DNA of 59,763 nt, filler included. It is 4 parts of 4 records of this genome, joined end to end, with 100 filler letters (N's around TTAATTAATTAA, not from the genome) between each part and the next. Parts side by side here need not be neighbours in the genome. Positions count along the whole stretch, not along the records: positions 41,145 to 59,763 come from SRR22947727_451; 3 more parts are not named here. One strand, 5' to 3'. Every line of letters begins with the position of its first letter. Positions within the stretch are counted from its first letter, which is position 1. The notes beneath the pieces were generated by a model that was given only the letters and a program-made list of their open reading frames with translations, ran no database searches and was not told the DNA's origin. The position numbers and the translations under genes were made by a program. Positions 41,145-49,691 of the stretch are shown here, in pieces.

Positions 41145-41305
41145 AATTGAAAGCTGAAATGGAAGCAATTCAGCGGCAAATGGTTGAAGCTAAGAAGAAC
41201 GAACGTGCGAACGCATTAAAGGAAGTAAAGCGTCTTTGTAAAGAGTTTGGCTTTACTGCTGGAATGTTGAAAGGTGCATTGGCAAAAGGGCGTGGTGAGA
41301 AATGA
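41145..41305 (+). CDS. Small H-NS-like protein, oligomerisation region only (5' truncated; not in the ORF track)
   Basis: Manual translation from 41147: LKAEMEAIQRQMVEAKKNERANALKEVKRLCKEFGFTAGMLKGALAKGRGEK*. Confidence 0.6.
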
Positions 41306-42060
41306 TTTCTAAGATTCGATCGAAATTAAAGCGTGATGGAATCATTGGACTTACCATTGCAGTACTTAAATACCCATTCAAAATTAGAAGATGATATGCT
41401 TACCGTCAGATGATTTCACTACATTCGCCCAAAGAAAGGTTTTCTGAAATTTATAGAAAAAATCTCTGGTCATCGTCAGAATCTGGAAGTGGTGAGGGCA
41501 GTGAAATATTTTACACAGAACCACTAAGGAAATGGCTCATTGAAAATATAAAATTGCTAGAAATTAAAACCTTTGTTGATGCGCCATGTGGTGACTTTAA
41601 TTGGATAAAACTTGTCTTACCAAAAGTGAACATCAACTATGTCGGACTCGATATTGTTGAAAGTGTTATCGATAAAAATAAGATAAATTACACCGCAGAT
41701 AACATAAAATTTGAAATATCTAACATCTGTGAAGATAGACTGCCAGATTGCGATCTTATAATGGTGCGTGACTGCCTGTTCCATTTTAGTTATGAGGACA
41801 TTAATAGATTTCTTACTAATCTATCTAACACCAACTACAAATATTTGCTTACTACGACTCATACAGTTGAAAAGGACTTTAAAAATTCCAACATCAATAC
41901 AGGAGAGTTCCGTTTAATTGATCTTTTCGGCCCTCCATTTTCTTTTGATCCAACAAAAGTGAAATCAAGAGTTGATGATTTCCCTGTAGGGTATTCGATA
42001 GAACGACAAATGATATTAGTAGAAAAAAGATTTGTACCTACAGAGGTGTCGAATTTTTAA
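41302..42060 (+). CDS. Class I SAM-dependent methyltransferase; in-frame TGA at 41392-41394 (possible pseudogene, or true start at 41410)
   Basis: SGSGEGS, VDAPCGDFNW, YVGLDIV, DLIMVRDCLFH; AT-rich island composition. Confidence 0.8.
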
Positions 42061-42329
42061 ATTAAATCAATCTACTTTATCGCGCTGGAATCTTGAGGCA
42101 TTGATGTGAATGAGTGGTACGACAATCAAAAGAAGCCAAGCAGTAGCTTTCGTAGGCGTATTGGCCAAGGGCCGCAATCGCACGCCAAAAACCTAAGGCG
42201 TTTTAATAGGGCGGGGATTTTCTCCGCCCTATGCTGGTTGAAGCTACAGAACGATGATGTTTCGTTTTGTGGCTTGCGTAGGGCGAAATTATATCATTGG
42301 GTTAGCTCAGACTGTAAGAGGCTTGCAAA

Positions 42330-43178
42330 ATGAACAACCGCCGTGCCGCGCTTTGGATGATTGGTGCTATTTTTTCTTTCACATCAATGGCCATTGCTGG
42401 TCGCGCAATATCCGGCCAACTAGATACGTTCGAGATCATGTTCTATCGTTCCATTATGGGCTTTTTGATTGTCCTCGCCGTGGCGAAAACTGTTGGCACG
42501 TTGGGCGAAATAGACCTTAAACATTTCCGCCTTCACCTTCTGCGCAACATCTTTCACTTTACCGGCCAAAACCTTTGGTTCTTCGCTCTGCCATTAATTC
42601 CACTGGCACAATTATTCGCGCTAGAGTTCACCTCACCCATCTGGGTGTTACTCTTGGCCCCAATCTTTTTAGGCGAAGGGTTAACCCTCCGCAAATTGGC
42701 GATTGCGGCCTTGGGCTTCATCGGCGTTTTGATCGTAGCCCGGCCCGAAATTGGTGCGGTAAACATCGGCATTTTGGCCGCGGCCTGTGCGGCCATTGGA
42801 TTTGCAGGCGCGGCGATTTTGACCCGTAAGCTGACGGTGCAAAACTCATTGACCAAAATATTATTCTTTCTCACAGGGCTACAAATTCTTTTTGGATTGC
42901 TTTGCGCCGGCTATGATGGGGACATCGCCCTGCCCTCTGTTGCCACGGCTCCTTGGCTCATACTGATTGGGGCCGCTGGGCTGGCCGCACATTTTTGCAT
43001 GACCAAATCTCTCTCTTTAGCGCCCGCCAGTCTGGTGATGCCCGTGGACTTTGCCCGACTGCCATTAATTGCGGTTATTGGCGTTGTTTTCTATGGTGAG
43101 AGCTTGGATCTTTATCTGGTTCTTGGAGCTGTATTGATTTTACTCGCCAATTACCTAAATCTAAAGCGCCAAGCCTAG
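42330..43178 (+). CDS. DMT/EamA family transporter
   Basis: About 10 TM helices, FEIMFYRS, ALEFTSPIW, PVDFARLP. Confidence 0.92.
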   Translation: MNNRRAALWMIGAIFSFTSMAIAGRAISGQLDTFEIMFYRSIMGFLIVLAVAKTVGTLGEIDLKHFRLHLLRNIFHFTGQNLWFFALPLIPLAQLFALEFTSPIWVLLLAPIFLGEGLTLRKLAIAALGFIGVLIVARPEIGAVNIGILAAACAAIGFAGAAILTRKLTVQNSLTKILFFLTGLQILFGLLCAGYDGDIALPSVATAPWLILIGAAGLAAHFCMTKSLSLAPASLVMPVDFARLPLIAVIGVVFYGESLDLYLVLGAVLILLANYLNLKRQA

Positions 43179-43242
43179 TGCAAGGTCTTTTCCAACCGAC
43201 CATATTGGCTTATGACACAGCAGAAGCTAGGGAATAAGAGCC

Positions 43243-44133
43243 ATGATCTATCAAGACGGCGCAAAATGGACCGAAGCCAAACAGAAAAAAGCCCTTCTGT
43301 TTGCCATGTCGGGCCTCGGAAAAACTTACATTTCTTCCATGCTGCGCCATCGGGGGAATTGGTTTCATTACTCCATAGATTATCGCATTGGCACGCGCTA
43401 CATGGGCGAGCACATTGTAGATAATTTTAAGAAAGCCGCTATGGCTGTGCCTTTTTTGGCTGAGTTATTGCGGTCAGATTCTATTTCTATGTCCTCGAAT
43501 ATTACCTTTGAGAACCTTGCGCCGCTGTCCACATATTTAGGAAAACCGGGCGATGTATCAAAGGGCGGCATTCCATTTGATGATTATTGCAACCGCCAAG
43601 CGCAACATCACGCTGCCGAGCGCGCCGCGCTTTTGGATACGCCTCACTTCATTGAGCGGGCCAGTGATCTTTATGGGTATGACAACTTTATCTGCGACAG
43701 TGGCGGCTCTATTTGTGAAGTTGTCGATCCTTGGGATGCGGCGGATCCGATTTTAACCGCCCTATCGGAAAACCTGCTGATGATCTGGATTGCCGGCAGC
43801 GAGGATCACACGGCCGAATTGGTGCGGCGCTTTGATTTGGCGCCAAAACCGATGTGCTATCAGCCGGAATTTCTCATGACATGTTGGTCGGACTATCAGC
43901 GTGAAACAGGCGTTCAGCCCGATAAGGTGAACCCCGATGATTTCATCCGCTGGACCTATGCGCGCGCCATGGCACACCGTCAGCCACGGTATGCGCAAAT
44001 GGCCAAATGGGGCATTACGCTCCAAGCCAATAATGTGCAAAATTTAAAGACGCCGCAGGATTTCGAAGCTCTGGTGGCCGAGACCCTAGACCACCGCGCC
44101 GCAGCACCGCGATCCAATGGCGGCGAGGACTGA
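43243..44133 (+). CDS. Uncharacterised P-loop ATPase/kinase
   Basis: AMSGLGKT Walker [24 protein letters not shown]; 5 nt upstream of metA. Confidence 0.8.
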   Translation: MIYQDGAKWTEAKQKKALLFAMSGLGKTYISSMLRHRGNWFHYSIDYRIGTRYMGEHIVDNFKKAAMAVPFLAELLRSDSISMSSNITFENLAPLSTYLGKPGDVSKGGIPFDDYCNRQAQHHAAERAALLDTPHFIERASDLYGYDNFICDSGGSICEVVDPWDAADPILTALSENLLMIWIAGSEDHTAELVRRFDLAPKPMCYQPEFLMTCWSDYQRETGVQPDKVNPDDFIRWTYARAMAHRQPRYAQMAKWGITLQANNVQNLKTPQDFEALVAETLDHRAAAPRSNGGED

Positions 44134-44138
44134 ACCTT

Positions 44139-45056
44139 ATGCCAATTAAGATTCCCGCAAATCTGCCCGCCCACGCTGTTCTGAGCGCCGAAGGCGTGAT
44201 GGTCATGGACCCCAGCCAGGCGGATCGCCAAGACATCCGTCCGCTCCGCATCGCATTGCTCAACCTCATGCCGCTCAAAATTCAGACGGAAAATCAATTT
44301 GCCCGCCTCATCGGGGCCACCCCGTTGCAGATTGAACTCACCCTCTTGCGGATGACGAGCCACCAAACAAAAAACACCTCCTCCGATCATATGGAGCAAT
44401 TTTATAAACCCTTCAGCGCGGTTCGGAATGAAAAATTTGATGGGCTGATCATCACCGGCGCGCCGATTGAGCATTTGGATTTCCAAGACGTCACCTATTG
44501 GCCCGAAATGGTCGAGGTGATGGAATGGACGCAAAGCCATGTGCATGCCACTTTGGGGGTCTGCTGGGGCGGCATGGCGATGATCAATCACCTGCATGGG
44601 GTGAAAAAACATGATTTGCCGCAAAAGGCTTTTGGCTGTTTTCGACATCAAAACCTGGCCCCCTCCTCGCCTTATTTGCGTGGGTTTTCGGATGATTTCG
44701 TGGTGCCCGTCAGCCGCTGGACAGAGATGAAACAGGATGAAATTGCCGCTGTGCCGGGTCTCCAAACCCTGCTTGGGTCGAACGAGACAGGTCCTTGTTT
44801 GGTCGAGGATCCCGCCCATCATTCACTCTATCTGTTCAATCATTTTGAATATGATAGCAATACGCTGAAACAGGAATATGATCGCGACATCGCCAATGGC
44901 ACCCCAATCAACATTCCAGGTCATTATTATCCAGGCGATGATCCAAGCCAAACGCCGCTGAACCGCTGGCGCTCGCATGCGCATCTTCTTTATGGCAACT
45001 GGATCAATGGAATCTACCAGACAACGCCCTTTGATCGCAATGCGATAGGCCGCTAG
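44139..45056 (+). CDS. metA: Homoserine O-acyltransferase MetA (probably acetyl-CoA type)
   Basis: [49 protein letters not shown]. Confidence 0.97.
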   Translation: MPIKIPANLPAHAVLSAEGVMVMDPSQADRQDIRPLRIALLNLMPLKIQTENQFARLIGATPLQIELTLLRMTSHQTKNTSSDHMEQFYKPFSAVRNEKFDGLIITGAPIEHLDFQDVTYWPEMVEVMEWTQSHVHATLGVCWGGMAMINHLHGVKKHDLPQKAFGCFRHQNLAPSSPYLRGFSDDFVVPVSRWTEMKQDEIAAVPGLQTLLGSNETGPCLVEDPAHHSLYLFNHFEYDSNTLKQEYDRDIANGTPINIPGHYYPGDDPSQTPLNRWRSHAHLLYGNWINGIYQTTPFDRNAIGR

Positions 45057-45105
45057 AGTCTGAATACTGCAACCCTGCCCAATTGGGCGAAGGTGGATCG
45101 GATCA

Positions 45106-45723
45106 ATGATGCAAAAACGCAGATATCATCACGGCAACCTGCGTCAAGCTTTGGTGGATGCTGCGCTCGTACTCATTGAAACAAAGGGCCCAACCGGCTT
45201 TACCCTTTCGGAGGCGGCCAAAAATGCCGGCGTCACACCCGCCGCCGTCTATCGCCATTTCGAGGGCCGCGAGGACCTGATTGCTGAGGTGGCGTTGCAA
45301 GGCTTTGGCATTTTTGCCGAGCGCATGGAAACGGCCTATAATGACGGGCAACCCAACGCGCTTCGTGCCTTTGAGGCGGCGGGCCGGGCTTATTTGGATT
45401 TTGCCCGCGCGTACCGCGGCCATTACGTCGCTATGTTTGAAAGTGGCCTGCCGCTTCAGCGCAGCCCTGAGCTCAACCAGGCTGCAATGGAGGCGCAAAA
45501 GGTTTTGCAAGCTGCGGCAGTGGAGCTGAGCAAGAATATCCCAGCCGAGAAACGCCCGCCACCACAGATGTTTGCCGCCCATATCTGGGCGCTGAGCCAT
45601 GGGGTGGTCGAGCTGTTTGCCCTCGGCGCACCGGGTGGGCGCAGCCCCTTTCCACCTGAACAACTGCTGGAAAGCGGCATGGGTATTTATCTGCGTGGTT
45701 TGGGCCTTATTGCCCCAGATTGA
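45106..45723 (+). CDS. TetR/AcrR family regulator (WHG-type C-domain)
   Basis: YHHGNLRQAL, FTLSEAAKNAGVTPAAVYRHF, WALSHG. Confidence 0.93.
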   Translation: MMQKRRYHHGNLRQALVDAALVLIETKGPTGFTLSEAAKNAGVTPAAVYRHFEGREDLIAEVALQGFGIFAERMETAYNDGQPNALRAFEAAGRAYLDFARAYRGHYVAMFESGLPLQRSPELNQAAMEAQKVLQAAAVELSKNIPAEKRPPPQMFAAHIWALSHGVVELFALGAPGGRSPFPPEQLLESGMGIYLRGLGLIAPD

Positions 45724-45732
45724 TAGATCCCA

Positions 45733-46119
45733 CTAGAGCGCCACGACCAGCAGACTCACTGAAATATTGATTAAAGCCAAAAGCGTCAGCACCATACCGC
45801 CAAACCGTAGCGGCATGTTAAACTCGAGAAACCCAAAGCAAATCCCGTGCATGACACGCCCCAGCAAAAGCATTGTCCCTGTGATGTGAAGCCGCAGCGC
45901 TGAGAGCTCCGCGACCTCTGCGAAATACATCATCAGCAAAACCATTGGGACATATTCAATAAAGTTGCCATGCGCCCGCACGGAACGCTCGAGCGCTTGC
46001 GCTCCAAAATTGTTGAAGGCCAGCCATTTCAGAGGTGTAACGCCCCGTAACGCCAAAACCCGAAGCGTCAAAACGGTGAAAAACAGGCCCAAGAGAGCAG
46101 CGTAGAATGCGGTAATCAT
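45733..46119 (-). CDS. MAPEG family membrane protein
   Basis: ITAFYAALL, RAHGNFIEYVP, GRVMHG. Confidence 0.9.
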   Translation of the reverse strand: MITAFYAALLGLFFTVLTLRVLALRGVTPLKWLAFNNFGAQALERSVRAHGNFIEYVPMVLLMMYFAEVAELSALRLHITGTMLLLGRVMHGICFGFLEFNMPLRFGGMVLTLLALINISVSLLVVAL

Positions 46120-46285
46120 GCCGAAATTTCCTCATGTAAGTTGCCAGTGGCTAACCTGTTATAGGGTGTCGAGCAACTGCTTTTCGGACGGGCTGCAAAA
46201 TGAACGATTGGCCCGCGGGAAGGGATTGCATATCGGGCGGCAAAAAGACATGTTCACCCCAGACCAAGACAGGAAAGAGCCCTAA

Positions 46286-47044
46286 ATGCGCAAAAAATTT
46301 GCCAATTACCCCAGCCTGAGCGGCAAAACTGTGTTTGTAACCGGCGGCGCATCGGGCATCGGTGCTGAGATCGTCACTGCCTTTGCCAAGCAGGGCGCCA
46401 AGGTTGGTTTTGTTGATATGGATGTTGCAGGATCAGAGGCGCTTTTGGCCAAGCTGGAGGGCACGCATGGCTTTGCACCCTGTGATCTGCGCGATATCGC
46501 CGCGCTGAAAGCCGCCTTTGCCCAATTGGCTGAAACCCTTGGACCAGCGGAGATCTTGGTCAACAATGCTGCGCGCGATGACCGACATGATTGGCGCGAG
46601 GTGACACCTGAATATTGGGATGAGCGGCAAAATAATAATCTGCGCCATATGTTTTTCGCCATTCAGGCCGTCGCCGATGGGATGATCGCGGCCGGCGGTG
46701 GCTCGATTATCAACATGGGATCAAATTCTTGGTGGGAAGCCGGTGGCGGCTTTCCGGCCTATACCACCGCCAAAGCGGCCGTGCATGGGCTGACCCGTAC
46801 CATGGCGCGCGATCTGGGCGATCATCGCATTCGGGTCAATACAGTGGTGCCGGGTTGGATTATGACCGAGCGACAAAAACAGCTTTGGGTCACTCCCGAA
46901 GCCCTCGCCAAGCAAATCGACCGCCAATGCCTGCCCGATCCCATCGATCCTGTATATGTCGCCCGAATGGTGCTTTTTCTCGCCTCAGACGATTCTGCGG
47001 CCTGTTCGGCGCAAAACTTTATGGTCGAAGGCGGTTCAATCTAG
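46286..47044 (+). CDS. SDR oxidoreductase, D-xylose/aldose dehydrogenase-like
   Basis: YPSL.GK.VFVTGGASGIG, NNAARDDRH, YTTAK (YxxxK), PGWIMTERQ. Confidence 0.88.
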   Translation: MRKKFANYPSLSGKTVFVTGGASGIGAEIVTAFAKQGAKVGFVDMDVAGSEALLAKLEGTHGFAPCDLRDIAALKAAFAQLAETLGPAEILVNNAARDDRHDWREVTPEYWDERQNNNLRHMFFAIQAVADGMIAAGGGSIINMGSNSWWEAGGGFPAYTTAKAAVHGLTRTMARDLGDHRIRVNTVVPGWIMTERQKQLWVTPEALAKQIDRQCLPDPIDPVYVARMVLFLASDDSAACSAQNFMVEGGSI

Positions 47045-47046
47045 AG

Positions 47047-49458
47047 CTAGGCCCGCAATTTTTCCCCCTTCGGATCAAAGGGGGCTTCGGGCAGAACAAT
47101 CGCATGATGCGGTTTTCCCAAGATCATAACATCCAGCTCATCACCCGCTGTCACATTTTTCAGGTAACACAGCGCCAGGGACTTATTCACCCCATAGCCA
47201 TAGGTGCCGGATGTCACCCGTCCAACATCCGCTCCAGCCTTGTCAAAAATGGGTTCACCGCCCGTGGCATCGGCATGATCTGGCGCCAGGATCTCAACGA
47301 TGCAAAGCCGCTCGCGCGGGTCTTTATCTTTGATGGCCAGATAGGCCTCTTTATGCAGAAAATCCTTGTCTAGCTTGATCAAGCCCGCCAGACCAACCTC
47401 CTGCGGCCAATATTCCGGGCTATATTCCCGCGACCAGGAGCCGTAGCCTTTTTCCACGCGAAGGCTCATTAATGCACGGGCCCCGACAGGGCCTGCGTCA
47501 AAGTCTTTCGCGCAGTCCAGCAGGGCCTCATAGAGCCGCAACTGGTCTTCTGTTTTGCAATGCAGCTCCCAGCCCAAATCCCCGGTGAAAGAGACCCGCA
47601 GCGCGACACAGTCCACGCCGGCCAGCTCAATACGCTTGGATCGCATGAAGGGGAAATCCTCAGTGGCCAGCGACGTATTCGTCAGACGCTGCAGCAATGC
47701 GCGGGACTTTGGTCCCGCGACATTAAAGCCGCAAAGCGCTTCGGTCAGGCTTTCAAAGCTCACACCTGCAGGCATCGGAACCATCTTCCAGAACCGCTGA
47801 TGATAGCGTTCGGCCATGCCCGAGCCGATGATCATAAATTCATCTTCGGCCAAGCGCGTTACTGTGAAATCCCCAGCAATCCCCCCGCGCACACCGATCA
47901 AAGGCGTCAGGCAAGAGCGGCCCACCGCCTTGGGCATCTTATTGGCGAAGACGGCGTTGAGCCACGCCTCCGCCTGCCCGCCACAGACGCGATATTTGGC
48001 GAAATTCGAAATATCTATGATCCCAGCCGTATTGCGCAGCATGCGGCATTCGCGGCCCACGGGCTCGAACCAATTTTGCCGGGTGAAGCCATTTGTGTCC
48101 TTGGCGCCGGGGTGATCGGCAAACCACTGCACATGCTCCCAGCCGTAGTTCAGCCCAAACACGCCGCCAAGGGTCGTTTGCAAAGCATGGGCCGGGCGGG
48201 TGCGGACAGGCCGGCCAGCGTCGCGCTCTTCATTGGGAAAATGGATCGCAAAACGCTTGGCATATTGGTCGCCCACCCGCGCCTTGGTAAAGGCCTTATC
48301 GGCCCAGTCGCCAAAACGCGCGACATCCCAAGCGAACATATCATATTGGCTTTCGCCCTCCACCATCCATTGCGCCGACATCAAACCCATACCGCCCGAT
48401 TGGCTAAAACCAGGGATGATCCCATTACAGCAGAAATAGTTTGTCAAATCGGGATGCGGGCCAAACAATACATTGCTGTCGGGTGACCAGATCATCGGCC
48501 CATTAATCACGCGTTTGATCCCAGCTGTACCGACGGCAGGCACGCGATCAATGGCACGCATCATATTGTCTTCGATCCGGTCTAAGTCATCGGCAAAAAG
48601 TTCATGGGCGAAATCAAGCGGCGTGCCTTCTTCGGCCCAAAACCGCATATCCTTTTCATAGGCGCCAATCAAAAGCCCCTGCCCCTCTTGGCGCAGATAA
48701 TATTCGCCATCACGATCCGCAACCGACGGCAGGCGCTGGCTCATCGCGGCCACCTCTGGAATGGTTTCGGTCACGAAATATTGATGCTCTGTTGGCTGAA
48801 GCGGCAAGGTAATGCCGGCCATCGCGGCCACCTCGCGCCCCCAGAGACCGGCGGCATTGACCACCCATTGCGTGCGAATATCGCCCTTCGGGGTGCGCAC
48901 AATCCAGCTGCCATCGGCCTGGGCCTCTGTCCCCATCACCGGGGTGAAGCGATGAATTTCCGCACCCCGCGCCCGCGCGCCGGCCGCATAGGCATGGGTG
49001 ACACCTGAGGGATCAACATTGCCGCCATCAGGTTCAAACATGATGCAGCGTACCCCGTCATAATTGACCAAAGGATGCAGCCGCTCCGCCTCCTCGCGGC
49101 TGACCTCGTGAAAGTTCATGCCGTAGAATTTGGCCTTAGCCGCCTGAAGCCGCAGCTGATGTTCACGGTTTTCTGTTTGGGCCAGATAAAGGCTTCCGGG
49201 CTGAAACACGCCGCAGCTTTGCCCGGTCTCTGCTTCCAGCTCGTTGTACAGGTTCATTGTGTAGTGTTGGATACGGCTGATATTGGTGCTGTCATGTAGC
49301 CCATGAATATTCGCCGCCGCATGCCATGTCGAACCGGACGTCAGCTCGTCGCGTTCCAAAAGAACCACATCACTCCAGCCCAATTTGGTCAGATGATAAA
49401 GTATAGAACAACCAATGACACCGCCACCGATTACAACTGCTTGAGCATGGGTCCGCAT
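47047..49458 (-). CDS. GcvT-family FAD-dependent oxidoreductase (dimethylglycine/sarcosine dehydrogenase-like)
   Basis: GGGVIG, GSTWHAA, folate-binding C-half (RVSFTGDLGWELH, SLRVEKGY). ORF is open from 49563; ATG 49458 preferred. Confidence 0.92.
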   Translation of the reverse strand: MRTHAQAVVIGGGVIGCSILYHLTKLGWSDVVLLERDELTSGSTWHAAANIHGLHDSTNISRIQHYTMNLYNELEAETGQSCGVFQPGSLYLAQTENREHQLRLQAAKAKFYGMNFHEVSREEAERLHPLVNYDGVRCIMFEPDGGNVDPSGVTHAYAAGARARGAEIHRFTPVMGTEAQADGSWIVRTPKGDIRTQWVVNAAGLWGREVAAMAGITLPLQPTEHQYFVTETIPEVAAMSQRLPSVADRDGEYYLRQEGQGLLIGAYEKDMRFWAEEGTPLDFAHELFADDLDRIEDNMMRAIDRVPAVGTAGIKRVINGPMIWSPDSNVLFGPHPDLTNYFCCNGIIPGFSQSGGMGLMSAQWMVEGESQYDMFAWDVARFGDWADKAFTKARVGDQYAKRFAIHFPNEERDAGRPVRTRPAHALQTTLGGVFGLNYGWEHVQWFADHPGAKDTNGFTRQNWFEPVGRECRMLRNTAGIIDISNFAKYRVCGGQAEAWLNAVFANKMPKAVGRSCLTPLIGVRGGIAGDFTVTRLAEDEFMIIGSGMAERYHQRFWKMVPMPAGVSFESLTEALCGFNVAGPKSRALLQRLTNTSLATEDFPFMRSKRIELAGVDCVALRVSFTGDLGWELHCKTEDQLRLYEALLDCAKDFDAGPVGARALMSLRVEKGYGSWSREYSPEYWPQEVGLAGLIKLDKDFLHKEAYLAIKDKDPRERLCIVEILAPDHADATGGEPIFDKAGADVGRVTSGTYGYGVNKSLALCYLKNVTAGDELDVMILGKPHHAIVLPEAPFDPKGEKLRA

Positions 49459-49691
49459 TTTCGGCACTTTCTTTAAATTCTCTCGCATAGAGTATCGGCA
49501 ATGCCTCGGGATGACCATTGCCCCAAGGCGACATCCTATGTCTGATTTGAACCATCTGATCACTTCTCGGACAATTCAAACTGAGCTCCATAGCCGCCTC
49601 CGAAAATTTTGGCCGTTTTATGTCGGGAACTGCTATTCTTTTACCCCTATCCCCGTCATAATCTGCCCAACACAGCAGCAGGAGACCTATC

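Noticed and set aside
41392..41394. Selenocysteine recoding of the in-frame TGA
   Set aside because: No redox or Cys-homologous context and no evident SECIS hairpin directly downstream; a nonsense mutation is simpler
47560..48486. Long antisense or alternative-frame ORFs (this 308-aa one, 43980-44822, 15845-16564, 53081-53800 and similar)
   Set aside because: They overlap well-supported genes and have no recognisable motifs; typical shadow ORFs of GC-rich coding DNA
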